64,000 nucleotides of DNA from Kofleriaceae bacterium. GTDB taxonomy: Bacteria; Myxococcota_A; Polyangia; Haliangiales; Haliangiaceae. This document shows, piece after piece, positions 11,506-22,198 of this stretch; within the stretch, counting starts at the first letter, position 1; every line of letters begins with the position of its first letter. Below the pieces are notes generated by a model, which was not told the origin of the DNA, searched no databases, and saw only the letters and a list, made by a program, of their open reading frames with translations. A program made the translations under genes and the position numbers. Location: assembly GCA_041389945.1 (NCBI GenBank), contig JAWKQW010000037.1, forward strand, positions 3,770-67,769, read 5' to 3'.

Positions 11506-12617
11506 CCTGGGTGGTGCCCGACGAGATCGAGGCGGCGCTGCACGCCGCCGCCACCGCGCGACTGCCGGCCCGGGTGCTGAAGCCCGCCGCCCTCGCCGCC
11601 GCGGTCGTCGATCGGTCGCGGCGCTACACCAGCGAGCGCGAGCGCCTGGCGACCCCGGGCGACGCCGACGGCGATCTCGCGGCGCGGGCGCTGTTCTTCA
11701 CCGTCGCCGACGTCGCCAAGGTCGGCCTGCCCCTGGTCGAGCTCGAGGCGCAGCGCGGCCTGCCCGACGGCGCGCTGGCGGTGGTCGACGTCGGCGCCGG
11801 CGCCGGCGCGATGAGCCTGGGCGTCGTCGCGTGGCTCGCCGCGACCGGCCGGCAGGCCCGCTGCGCACCACCCTCGTCGATCGCGACGCCCGCGCGCTCG
11901 CGATCGGGCGCGACGCGGTGCGCGCCGCCGGGGCCGCGCTCGGGGTCGCGGTCGAGGCGGAGGTGGTGGTGGCCGACGTCGGGCGCGCCGCGCTGCCGGC
12001 CGCCGACCTCGTCGTCGCCGGCTCGGTGCTCAACGAGCTGCCCGCGCCGTCGGCGGCTGCCGTCGTCGAGCGCGCTGGCGGCGGCCCGGCACGCGGCGAT
12101 CGTCATCGAGCCCGCGCTGCGCGAGACCGCCCGCGCGCTGCACGCCCTGCGCGACGCGGTGCTCGCGGGCGGACGCGCCGCGGTCGTCGCGCCGTGCACC
12201 CACGACCGCCCGTGCCCGATGCTGGCCGATCCACGCGACTGGTGCCACGAGGTGCGCCCGGCGCGGCTGCCCGCGCGCACGCGCGCGCTGGCGGCGGCCA
12301 CCGGGCTGCGCGACGGCGATCTCAAGTTCGCGTACCTGGTGCTGGCGCCGTCGCCCGCGCCGACGACGTCGTCGACGCCGGGCTGGCGGGTGGTGAGCGA
12401 GCCGCTGCGCCCCAAGGGCAAGCTCGAGCTGTTCATGTGCGGCGCCGACGGCCGCCGGCGGCTGCGGCTGCTCGATCGCCACGCCGGACCGGGCCCGACC
12501 GCGGTGCGCGCGCTGGTGCGCGGCGACCTGGTCGCGCTGGCGCCGGCGCCCGACGAGCGCGGCACCATCGCCGCCGACGTCGAGGTCAGCCGCGTCCATC
12601 GCGCTTGGCCGGGCTGA
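11502..12617 (+). pseudogene. Rsm22-family SAM-dependent methyltransferase; a compensated pair of frame switches (~11860 and ~12070)
   Basis: ATG 11502 (ATGA overlap). MTWVVPDEIEAAL..VVDVGAGAGAMSLG. The middle 70 aa read as junk in this frame but as LRTTLVDRDARALAIGRDAVRAAG..DLVVAGSVLNELP in the ORF 11831 frame. The C-terminus returns to the first frame: AAIVIEPALRET..APCTHDRPCPMLADPRDWCHE. Confidence 0.72.
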
Positions 12618-12640
12618 CCGGCCGCGCCGAGCGGCGGCGC

Positions 12641-13741
12641 CTACTCGGCGATGACCGAGAAGAACTGCTCGGCGAGCTTGCCGTGCCCGGTCGGGTTCGG
12701 GTGGATGCAGGTGTCGTCGAACCAGCGCTCGGCGCCCGGCCCGCGGTAGCACGGGCTCGCCGGATCGTCGCGGTGGAACCCGTGGCCGCAGAAGTTCTCG
12801 AGCATGAACACCATGTCGCTGCCGGTGTCGACGGCGGCCTTGAGGTACTGCTCGTTCGCCCAGATCACCATGTCGGCGAGGGCGGCCGGATCCGGCGGCG
12901 GATCGCCGAAGCCGGCGGCGCTGGCCGCCGGGCACGCCGAGGTGTCGGCGGTGGCGTCGGTGAACTCGTAGATGTTGGCGAACACCACGAACACGCCGTT
13001 GGGGAAGCGGCCGGGCGCGCGGATCCAGTCGAGCGCGTCGCGCAGGTGCTGGACGAACTCCTCGGTCTGCGCCCACAGGTCGGTCGCCGGCTCGCCGTCG
13101 ATCGCGTTCTGGGTGAGGCTCGACAGGTCGTTGCCGCCCATGGTCATCACGACGAGCGTGCGCTTGAGGCGCGACTCCGTCGGCATGCAATCCTCGAGCT
13201 GCGAGTTGTCGGCCTGCAGGTCGTCGGTGCGCGCGCCCCACTTGGCGCAGCTCGCGAAGTCACCGGAGCTCTGGACCACGGTGGTGCCGCCGAACGGGTC
13301 GTACTGCTCCCACAGCCCGCTCGGCGCGTCGAGGCCGAACCGATCGACCAGCATGTCGGCGAGCCGCGAGCGGTAGAAGTCGCCCGCCGACGTCGGCGGC
13401 GAGCCGACGGTGACGGAGTCGCCGACGAACACCACCCGCTCGATGCCGGTGATGTCCTGCTGGTTGGTGCCGTTGCAGTGGCTGCCGATGATCGGGCCGA
13501 ACTGATCGTAGTCGGGGCCGTCGATGTCGCCGTTGACGAACTGCGACTCGAAGCAGCCGCGCGCGGTCAGCGGCGCGGCCGCGTCCGGCGACGCCTCCGC
13601 GTCCGCGGTCGGAGCGGCGTCGCTGCGACCGACCGGCGCGTCCGGCGGATCGCCACCGCCCGGCGGCGCGCTGCTGCACGCGCCCCACGCGCCCATCGAG
13701 AGCATCCCCACCATCGCGAGTCGACGTCGAACGTTCACCAT
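12641..13741 (-). CDS. SGNH/GDSL-family hydrolase lipoprotein
   Basis: ORF 12641..13873, with likely start ATG 13741 (MVNVRRRLAMVGMLSMGAWGAC). Blocks VFVGDSVTVG, MGGNDL and CIHPNPTGH. Confidence 0.85.
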   Translation of the reverse strand: MVNVRRRLAMVGMLSMGAWGACSSAPPGGGDPPDAPVGRSDAAPTADAEASPDAAAPLTARGCFESQFVNGDIDGPDYDQFGPIIGSHCNGTNQQDITGIERVVFVGDSVTVGSPPTSAGDFYRSRLADMLVDRFGLDAPSGLWEQYDPFGGTTVVQSSGDFASCAKWGARTDDLQADNSQLEDCMPTESRLKRTLVVMTMGGNDLSSLTQNAIDGEPATDLWAQTEEFVQHLRDALDWIRAPGRFPNGVFVVFANIYEFTDATADTSACPAASAAGFGDPPPDPAALADMVIWANEQYLKAAVDTGSDMVFMLENFCGHGFHRDDPASPCYRGPGAERWFDDTCIHPNPTGHGKLAEQFFSVIAE

Positions 13742-13884
13742 GTCGGCGCGACCTAACCACACCGCCACGCGCGGCCGCGAGGGATTTCTCGTCGACGAGA
13801 TCGACGAAGCGCGTTCGCAAAGCGAAGCGTGCTCGCGAGCGGCGCTCAGGCTCGCGTTGACGACGCGCGCCACGCGCCCCGCGG

Positions 13885-15177
13885 CTACTTCGATCGGCGC
13901 GGGCGGTCGGAACGACCGCGCGGTGCCGGGGGCGGCGCGTCCGGGCTGACCGGCGCGTCATCGTCGGCGTCGGCCGGCGTCGGCTCGGGCAAGGCCGGGC
14001 CCTCGATGGTGTCTTCGCTGCCCATCGCCTCGGCCTGCCGAGGCGGCAACGTATCGGCGGCGCCGACCACGCGGCGTCGCTCCTGGGTGGCCGCGCGCTG
14101 GATCGCCTCGGGCAGCTTGATCCCGACCAGCGGCGACTGCACCGTGACCGGCGCGGCGTCGCCGTCGGGCTTGGGCCGGATCGCCGCGATCGCGGCGTCG
14201 CGGGTGCTGGTGCCGGTGCTCGGCGCCGATTCGGTGCGATCGGCCTCCCAGCTGTCGGCCTCGGCGTCGGCGTCGGCGGGGTTCACCGGCTGCGTCGCAT
14301 CGCGCTCGACCGCGGTCGGCACCGCGTCGGGTACCTCGTTGAACGCGACGACGATGCCGGTGATGTTGTCGTGGCCGCCGCGCTCCTTCGCGAGATCGAC
14401 CATCTCCTGCAGCGCCGGCCCGATCGGCGTGCCGCTGAGCTTGGCGGCGATCTCCTCCTCCTCGAGGAAGTAGTCGTGGAGGCCGTCGGAGCAGAGCAGC
14501 AGGCGATCCCCGGCGCGGAGCTGCAGGTGGGCCATCTCGACGCCGACGTCCTTGGACACGCCGACGGCGTTGACCAGCACCGTGCGCAACGGCGAGGTCT
14601 GGGCCTCCTCGATCGAGAGCTTGCCCTCGATGACGAGCACCTCGGCGACGGTGTGGTCGGTGGTGACCTGGGAGGTCCGGCCGTCGCGCACCAGGTAGGT
14701 GCGGCTGTCGCCGACGTGGGCGACGAACGCCTCGGCGCCGGCCACCAGCACGACGTCGAGGGTGGTGCCCATGCCATGCTTGTCGCTCTCGTCGGTGCCG
14801 CGCTGGAACACCGCCTGGTGCGCGGCCAGGACCGAGCCCTGCAGCAGGTTGACCAGGTCGCGGCGGCCCTGCTCCGAGGGCGCCCGGCCGAAGGCGCGGA
14901 TCGCCCCCCGGTGCCCGTCGAGCTTCTTGCGGACGGTGTCCACGGCCATGGCGCTGGCGACCTCGCCGGCGGCGTGCCCGCCCATGCCATCGGCGACGAT
15001 GTAGAAGGCGTGCTGGCCGTCGACGTGGGCGGAGTCCTCGTTGTAGTCGCGGACCACGCCGACGTCGGTGACGACCACCGCCTCGATGGGCGGCGCGGCG
15101 TCAGCCGCCGTGGCCTCGCCGTCGCCTCCGGCGCTGGCGGGCGGCTCCTTCACCGCTGGGATCTGGCCGGTCGACAT
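13885..15177 (-). CDS. PP2C-family Ser/Thr phosphatase with a long acidic, Pro-rich tail
   Basis: C-terminal part of ORF 13885..16500, ATG at 15177 (MSTGQIPAV). Motifs [29 protein letters not shown]. Confidence 0.9.
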   Translation of the reverse strand: MSTGQIPAVKEPPASAGGDGEATAADAAPPIEAVVVTDVGVVRDYNEDSAHVDGQHAFYIVADGMGGHAAGEVASAMAVDTVRKKLDGHRGAIRAFGRAPSEQGRRDLVNLLQGSVLAAHQAVFQRGTDESDKHGMGTTLDVVLVAGAEAFVAHVGDSRTYLVRDGRTSQVTTDHTVAEVLVIEGKLSIEEAQTSPLRTVLVNAVGVSKDVGVEMAHLQLRAGDRLLLCSDGLHDYFLEEEEIAAKLSGTPIGPALQEMVDLAKERGGHDNITGIVVAFNEVPDAVPTAVERDATQPVNPADADAEADSWEADRTESAPSTGTSTRDAAIAAIRPKPDGDAAPVTVQSPLVGIKLPEAIQRAATQERRRVVGAADTLPPRQAEAMGSEDTIEGPALPEPTPADADDDAPVSPDAPPPAPRGRSDRPRRSK

Positions 15178-15338
15178 GCGTAGGGGCTCGAAACGTCTCC
15201 GATTCTGACCTGTGGCGCGTGCCCGCCGCAAGGGCGCCCGACCATGCAATGGCCGGATCGAACCGGACCTCGCCGCGGTGCGGCGTGAATCGATGCGGGC
15301 CTCTCCCCGTCTACCGGGGCGGCGTCGCCGATCGACGA

Positions 15339-15368
15339 TTGACGCCGCCGGGACCGTGCTCGTAGGTT
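15339..15368 (+). promoter_or_regulatory. Candidate sigma70-type promoter for the TRAP operon
   Basis: TTGACG (15339-15344), 18-nt spacer, TAGGTT (15363-15368), about 30 nt upstream of ATG 15400 with a GGGAG ribosome-binding site. Pattern match only. Confidence 0.3.
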
Positions 15369-15399
15369 CCGCGCTCCACCCCGTCGCCCAGGGAGCTCC

Positions 15400-16428
15400 A
15401 TGCGCTCGACCTCGTTTGCCGCCAGCCTGCTGTCCGCCCTCGCCGCGCTGTTCGTGCTCGCCGGTCCCGGCCGGGCCGCGCCGGCCGCCGCCGACACGAC
15501 CTACGAGATGAAGATCGCCACCATGGCCCCGGCCAAGACGCCGTGGGACGAGCTCCTGCGGGAGTTCAAGAAGGCGGTCGAGAGCGCGTCGGGCAAGCGC
15601 ATCAAGGTCAAGATCTTCAACGGCGGCACCCTCGGCGACGAGAACACCACCGTGCGCATGCTGACCCGCGGTCAGATCCAGTGCGTCGGCGCCTCGACCG
15701 GCGCCTTCGCCTCGGTGGTCAAGGAGCTCGACGCCCTCGAGATCCCGTACACCTTCGACAACGTCAAGGTCGCCGACTTCGTGCTCGACAAGTACCTCAA
15801 GGATCCCGTCGACAAGCTGTTCCGCGCCAACGGCATGGTGTTCGGCTTCTGGAACGAGAACGGGTTCCGCCACTTCGGCTCGAAGTGGGGCGCGGTGCGC
15901 TCGCCGGCCGATCTCAAGGGCCGCAAGGTCCGCTCGCAGGAGAACGCGACCCACATCGAGATGTGGAAGGCGCTGGGCGCGTCGCTGCAGACCATCCCCA
16001 CCCCCGACGTCGCCACCGCGCTGCGCACCGACGCGGTCGAGGGCTTCGACCAGTCGATCATGATGACCAGCGCCGCCAGCTGGGCCGGCGAGATCAAGTA
16101 CTACACGCTGTCGGGCCACATCTATCAGCCGGCGGCGATCGCCTACAACCAGGCCTGGTTCGACGGGCTGCCGGCGGACCTGCAGCAGATCCTGGTCACC
16201 GAGGGGGACAAGATCGTGCGCTCGGGCCGCGCCTCGGTGCGCGCGATGAACGAGAAGATCGTCAAGTCCTTCACCAAGAAGGGCGTCACCGTCGTGAAGC
16301 TCAGCGCCGAGGAGAAGGCCGCGTTCAAGAAGGCGACCGCCGGGGTCAAGGGCATCCTGCGCAGCCGCGACGCCGGCACCGCCGCCCTCATCGACGCCAT
16401 CGACCGCGGCATCAAGGCGTACAAGTAG
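15400..16428 (+). CDS. dctP: TRAP transporter substrate-binding protein (DctP family)
   Basis: ORF 15400..16428 (342 aa). Signal peptide, then [41 protein letters not shown]. Confidence 0.92.
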   Translation: MRSTSFAASLLSALAALFVLAGPGRAAPAAADTTYEMKIATMAPAKTPWDELLREFKKAVESASGKRIKVKIFNGGTLGDENTTVRMLTRGQIQCVGASTGAFASVVKELDALEIPYTFDNVKVADFVLDKYLKDPVDKLFRANGMVFGFWNENGFRHFGSKWGAVRSPADLKGRKVRSQENATHIEMWKALGASLQTIPTPDVATALRTDAVEGFDQSIMMTSAASWAGEIKYYTLSGHIYQPAAIAYNQAWFDGLPADLQQILVTEGDKIVRSGRASVRAMNEKIVKSFTKKGVTVVKLSAEEKAAFKKATAGVKGILRSRDAGTAALIDAIDRGIKAYK

Positions 16429-16475
16429 CGTCGGCGCCCGCGCGCGCCGCGCGGGGGCCGGGCTAGAGTCGCGCC

Positions 16476-17219
16476 ATGAGCGAAGACGCAGGGGGGGCAC
16501 CGGCGGCCGCGCCGGCGCCGGAGGTGGCGTGGGTGCCGACGTACCCGCGCATCCGCAGGCTCGACGCGGCGTGGGCGCGGGGCGAGCGGCTGCTGTGCGG
16601 CCTGCTCTTCCTCGCCATGGCGGTGCTCATGATCACCGCCGTCATCGCCGAGACCTTCGGCCAGCGCCGCGAGGTGATCGACGTGGTCGCGCTGTACGGC
16701 GTGTGCCTGCTGGCGGTGCGCACCCGCGCGATCAAGGGCACGGAGCGCCGGCTGGGCTGGCCGGCCAGCGCCGGCGTCGCCGCGGTGCTCGCCGCCGCGA
16801 TCGCTGGCGGCGTCGTGCTCTACACCGAGCGCCTCCCGGGCGGGCTGCCGCAGGCGCAGCCGCTGGCGCTGGTGATGATGCTGTGGGTCGGGCTGCTCGG
16901 CGCCTCGATCGCCGCCCACGAGCGCGCCCACCTCGCGCTCGAGTTCGGCGAGAAGCTGTGGCCGGCGCGGCTGGCGCCGTACGTCAAGGCCGCCGCCCAC
17001 GGCGTGACCTCGGCGTTCTGCGTCGCCGGCATGATCCTCGCGGCCCACCTGGTGGCGACCACCCGCGGCACCGTCGACGTCAACGACTGGCTGCCGGTGG
17101 CCTACGTGATGGTCATCCTGCCGTACATGTTCGCGGCGATGGCGGTGCGCTTCCTGGCCCAGGCGGTGACCACCGCGACCGGGACCGCGGCGCCGGCCGA
17201 GGAGCAGCTGCCGACATGA
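16476..17219 (+). CDS. dctQ: TRAP transporter small permease (DctQ family)
   Basis: ORF 16476..17219 (247 aa), four hydrophobic helices, located between the DctP and DctM genes. Confidence 0.85.
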   Translation: MSEDAGGAPAAAPAPEVAWVPTYPRIRRLDAAWARGERLLCGLLFLAMAVLMITAVIAETFGQRREVIDVVALYGVCLLAVRTRAIKGTERRLGWPASAGVAAVLAAAIAGGVVLYTERLPGGLPQAQPLALVMMLWVGLLGASIAAHERAHLALEFGEKLWPARLAPYVKAAAHGVTSAFCVAGMILAAHLVATTRGTVDVNDWLPVAYVMVILPYMFAAMAVRFLAQAVTTATGTAAPAEEQLPT

Positions 17220-18763
17220 AGACCATCGCCTCGATCCTCGCGCTGGCGCTGCTCGGCTCGCCGCTGTTCGTCATCATCGGCGTCGCCACCGCGATCGCCT
17301 TCGTCAGCTACGGTGGCGTCGACTCCTTCTACGGGCTCGGCGAGTGGGTCCTCGATCCGTTCCAGCGCCTCATCGACATGGAGTCGTTCCTCGCGATCCC
17401 GCTGTTCGTCGGCGCCGGCGCGCTGATGACCGAGGGCGGCATGGCCCGGCGGCTCATCGACTTCACCCGCGCCCTGGTCGGCTGGATGCCCGGCGGCGAG
17501 GGCATCTCGGCGGTCATCGCGTGCATGGGCTTCGCCGCGATCTCGGGCAGCTCGCCGGTGACGCTGATCGCGGTCGGCTCGATCATGTACCCGGCGCTGG
17601 TCGAGCGCGGCTACCCGGAGAACTTCTCGCTCGGCCTGGTGATGACCGCCGGCGCGCTCGGCTGCCTGATGGTGCCGTCGCTGATCCTCATGATCTACGC
17701 CATCTCGGTGGGCTCGACCCGGGCCGCGGTCGAGGCCGGCGACATGTTCACCGCGGCCTACGTCCCGGTCCTGACGCTGGCGCTGATCCTGTCGCTGTAC
17801 TGCTTCGTGGTCGGCCGCAAGGTCGGCACCCGCACCGCGTTCTCGTGGCGACGCCTCGGCGAGACCCTGCGCGAGGGCATCTGGGCGATCGCCTTGCCGT
17901 TCATCATCTACTTCGGCATCAGCCGCGGCCTGTTCGCGCCGTCGAAGGCCGGCGCGGTCGCGTTCGTCTACGCGCTCCTGGTCACCACGGTCATCCACCG
18001 CGAGCTGACCCTGCGGCGGATCCTCACCGTGCTCGGCGACGCCGGCCGGCTGATGGGCATGCTGATCCTCATCATCGCGCTGGCCTTCGGCCTCAACCAG
18101 CTCCTGGCCTTGATCAAGGTCGAGGAGACCATCGCCGCCTGGGTCGAGCCGCTGGGCCCGGTGGCGTTCATGCTGCTGGTCAACATCCTGCTCATCGTCA
18201 TCGGCGCGCTGATGGACTCGATCAGCGCGACCCTGGTGTTCGCGCCGATCCTGGCGCCGATCGCGATGAGCAAGGGCATCGACCCGGTCCACTTCGGGAT
18301 CGTGTTCGTCGTGAACATGGAGATCGGCTACCTGGCGCCGCCGGTGGCGACCAACCTGTTCATCGCGTCGGCGCTGTTCAAGAAGCCGTTCGGCCAGGTC
18401 AGCCGGGCGGTGCTGCCCGGCCTCGCGCTCACCTGCGGCGGCCTGCTGATGTTCCTGTTCGTGCCGACCTGCTCGAAGGGGCTGCTCAACTACACCCGCG
18501 GCGAGCCGGTGTACGAGTCGTTCCCCTGGGCTGGCGAGCCCATCACCGGCGGCGTCCAGGGTGGGTTCGACATGGAGGCGGCGTCGCGCGAGGTCACCGA
18601 GGCCACCGCGGCGCAGCGCGAGGAGCTCAACGCGCTCAGCGACGACGACTACTACCGCACGCCCGACGCGCGCGCGGCCGATCCGATCGACGCCGATCCG
18701 GGGGCGCCCGACGCCAGCGCCGAGGACCTTCTCGACGAGGCCCTCGAGGGCGAGAACCTGTAG
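17216..18763 (+). CDS. dctM: TRAP transporter large permease (DctM family) with an ~90 aa acidic soluble tail
   Basis: ATG 17216 (ATGA overlap with dctQ), in the frame of ORF 16529..18763. [23 protein letters not shown].., polytopic, ending ..DDDYYRTPDARAADPIDADPGAPDASAEDLLDEALEGENL. Confidence 0.92.
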   Translation: MKTIASILALALLGSPLFVIIGVATAIAFVSYGGVDSFYGLGEWVLDPFQRLIDMESFLAIPLFVGAGALMTEGGMARRLIDFTRALVGWMPGGEGISAVIACMGFAAISGSSPVTLIAVGSIMYPALVERGYPENFSLGLVMTAGALGCLMVPSLILMIYAISVGSTRAAVEAGDMFTAAYVPVLTLALILSLYCFVVGRKVGTRTAFSWRRLGETLREGIWAIALPFIIYFGISRGLFAPSKAGAVAFVYALLVTTVIHRELTLRRILTVLGDAGRLMGMLILIIALAFGLNQLLALIKVEETIAAWVEPLGPVAFMLLVNILLIVIGALMDSISATLVFAPILAPIAMSKGIDPVHFGIVFVVNMEIGYLAPPVATNLFIASALFKKPFGQVSRAVLPGLALTCGGLLMFLFVPTCSKGLLNYTRGEPVYESFPWAGEPITGGVQGGFDMEAASREVTEATAAQREELNALSDDDYYRTPDARAADPIDADPGAPDASAEDLLDEALEGENL

Positions 18764-18778
18764 CGCGGCGGGGCCGGC

Positions 18779-19609
18779 TCAACCGGTCGCCAGGCGGCGG
18801 CGGATGAGCTCGACCGCCGCGGGCTCGACGTCGACCGCCAGCGCGCGACAGCCGAGGCGCCGCGCCACCACCGCGGTGGTGCCGCTGCCGGCGAACCAGT
18901 CGACGACGAGGTCGCCCGGGCGGGTCACCGCGCGCAGGCAGCGCTCGATGAGCGCCTCCGGCTTCTGCGACGGCCAGCCCGTGCGCTCGCGGTCGGAGTG
19001 GTTGAGCGTCTCGATGTCGGTCCACCAGTCCTCGGGTACCTTGCCGGCGGCGACCGGGTAGCGATAGACGCGCCCGGTCTTGCGATCGGTCTTCTCCTGG
19101 ACCGGCGCGCCGTCGGCGCCGGCGACCACCCGCATGTGGGAGCCGGCGCGCCGGGGGATGCGGACCGCCTCGGGGAAGAACGCGTAGTCGTCCCCGCGCG
19201 CGTACCAGAGGATGGTGTCGTGCTTGCGGGCGAAGCCGCGCCGCGAGCGTCCGCCCACCGCGTAGCACCAGACCACCTCGTTGACGAAGCGCGCCCGCCC
19301 GAACACCTCGTCGAGGGCGACCTTCACGTAGTGCACCGCGCGGTAGTCGAGGTGGACGAAGAGCGAGCCGGTCGGGCGCAGCACCCGGTGGCTCTCGACG
19401 AGGATCGGCCGCAGCCAGGCGACCAGCGCCGTCGGATCGTCGGCGCGATCGCGGTAGGCCTGGCCGCGGCCGCGCTGCACCGTGCCGGTCCCGAACGGCG
19501 GATCGACGTAGATGGCGTCGACGGTGGCGGTCGCGGTCGACCGCGCCACCGCGAGCGCGTCGCCCTCGACCACCCGGACCGACGTCGTCACGCGCGCCCA
19601 CGCTAGCAC
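18779..19609 (-). CDS. Site-specific DNA methyltransferase, beta class (N6-adenine or N4-cytosine); no cognate endonuclease seen
   Basis: ORF 18779..19609 (276 aa). Motif IV DPPF comes before motif I FAGSGTT; also [13 protein letters not shown]. Host-like GC. GTG start. Confidence 0.9.
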   Translation of the reverse strand: MLAWARVTTSVRVVEGDALAVARSTATATVDAIYVDPPFGTGTVQRGRGQAYRDRADDPTALVAWLRPILVESHRVLRPTGSLFVHLDYRAVHYVKVALDEVFGRARFVNEVVWCYAVGGRSRRGFARKHDTILWYARGDDYAFFPEAVRIPRRAGSHMRVVAGADGAPVQEKTDRKTGRVYRYPVAAGKVPEDWWTDIETLNHSDRERTGWPSQKPEALIERCLRAVTRPGDLVVDWFAGSGTTAVVARRLGCRALAVDVEPAAVELIRRRLATG

Positions 19610-19662
19610 GAGGGTCTCGCCCGCCGCCGCCGCGCCCGGGCGGATCGTGGCACCATGGCCGC

Positions 19663-19761
19663 GTGGGTGCGGCGTTGCGCGTGTTGCTCATCGAGGACGC
19701 CGACGACGACGCGCTGCTCATCGAGCGTGAGCTGCGCCGGCACGGGTTCGCGCCGACGATG
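19663..19761 (+). pseudogene. Response-regulator receiver, N-terminal ~33-codon fragment
   Basis: GTG 19663: [33 protein letters not shown]. Coding quality then stops where the opposite-strand fragment begins. Confidence 0.5.
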
Positions 19762-19762
19762 G

Positions 19763-20026
19763 CGCGGGCAGGCGGGCCCGGGCCGCGGCGATGTCGGCGG
19801 CCGCCTCGGGGCGCTCCCCGCTGGCGACGTCGCGCAGGTCGATGCTCAGGTCGGTGATGATCCGACGGATCTCGGTGAGGCGGGTCTGGACCGAGATGGT
19901 GTGGTCCGCCCAGGCGACCGTGTGGGACATCGTCCGTGCGCTGAGGATGAGCGCCACCCCCGCGGCGGCGATGCTGACCAACAGCACCGCCCACATCCAT
20001 CGCAGCTTGGCGTTGACTCGCTCCAT
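19763..20026 (-). pseudogene. Membrane sensor N-terminus (TM helix plus CHASE3/4HB-like helix), ~88-codon fragment
   Basis: ATG 20026: MERVNAKLRWMWAVLLVSIAAAGVALILSARTMSHTVAWADHTISVQTRLTEIRRIITDLSIDLRDVASGERPEAAADIAAARARL. No transmitter domain follows. It abuts the receiver fragment head-on. Confidence 0.45.
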
Positions 20027-20126
20027 CGCGGTCCCCCCGCCCGCGGCGCACGGCCGGGTCGTGATCGTCGTACGGGGCGCGCGCGGGTGCTTGCGAGGAC
20101 GGCCCCGGCGGCGCACCCTGGCGGGG

Positions 20127-20440
20127 ATGCGCTTCGGGCCGTGGTACCCGCTCGCCGAGGCCTCCACCCACGCGCCGGCAGCGCCCGGCCTGTTTCAGGT
20201 GCGACTCGCCGAGGGGCTGCGACCGTATCCGCGAGGCAAGAGCGCGATGGTGCACTACCAGGTCGCCGTCGACGTGCGCGCCGAGGCGGTGGCGTTCGCG
20301 GCGGCCTGGCCGGGAGCCCCGTGGGTGTGTCGGCACGCGATCGAACTCGCGCCCGACGACGATCCGGCGGTGCACCACGCGCGCCTGTTGCGGCTGTTCG
20401 TCGACCGGTTCGGCGTCGCGCCGTCGCCGCCGGCGGCGCG

Positions 20441-20444
<4 letters not shown>
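20127..20444 (+). CDS. Hypothetical protein (105 aa), faint GIY-YIG-like N-terminal pattern
   Basis: ATG 20127 within ORF 19791..20444: [47 protein letters not shown]... Good third-position GC. Its TAG and the dinB TAG share the palindrome CTAG (20441-20444). Confidence 0.4.
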
Positions 20445-21628
<1,184 letters not shown>

Positions 21629-21631
21629 GGC

Positions 21632-22123
21632 TCAGCCCGCGGGCGCGACCGGCACCGGCGCGGTCGGCGCCGACGGCGCCTTGCGCAGGAGCGTGGGGTG
21701 CGCGCCGAGCACGATGCAGCCGACCGCGCAGCCGAGCACCACCGCGAGCAGGCCGCGCGGCGCCACCTTGGTGCGCCCGCGCCGGAGCGCGCCGATGGTC
21801 GCGCGCAGGATCCCGTGCGGGATGAGCAGCCCGACCACCACCAGCATCAGCTTGACGTGGAGCCAGCCGCCGGACTGGAACGCGGTGCTCGGGTAGCGCG
21901 GGCTCGCGAAGGCGAGGAACAGGCCGAGCGCGATGGCGAGGGTCGCGCCGAGATCCATCAGCAGCGCCATGCGCCGGGCGGTCCCCAGCACGCCCGGCCG
22001 GCTGGCGGCGTCGGCGCCGTGGTGCACGCGCAACAGCGCGATCGTGGTGACCAGGCCCGCGGCCCACAGGGCGATGCCGACGAGGTGGCCGATGATCACC
22101 CAGGGATAGAGCTGCGCTGACAT
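21632..22123 (-). CDS. hemJ: HemJ-family membrane protein (putative protoporphyrinogen IX oxidase)
   Basis: ATG 22123, C-terminal part of ORF 21632..23077. YPWVIIGHLVGIALWAAGLVTTIALLRVHHG and GGWLHVKLMLVVVGLLIPHG match the two conserved HemJ blocks (..FH.IG.V.WFAGLFYL.RLFVYH.. and ..GWLH.KL..). Confidence 0.7.
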   Translation of the reverse strand: MSAQLYPWVIIGHLVGIALWAAGLVTTIALLRVHHGADAASRPGVLGTARRMALLMDLGATLAIALGLFLAFASPRYPSTAFQSGGWLHVKLMLVVVGLLIPHGILRATIGALRRGRTKVAPRGLLAVVLGCAVGCIVLGAHPTLLRKAPSAPTAPVPVAPAG

Positions 22124-22198
22124 GTGGGTGGTGTAGCACCGCCGGCGGCCCGGCGGCGCACGCCCGCGGCAAAGGCGGTACGCTGGCGCGGCTCGACC

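Noticed and set aside
13788-13826. Palindromes ctcgtcgacgag and TTCGC-aaa-GCGAA between the PP2C and SGNH genes, considered as an operator or terminator
   Set aside because: They are short GC-rich palindromes of a kind expected by chance at this composition, with no flanking promoter elements or T-run.
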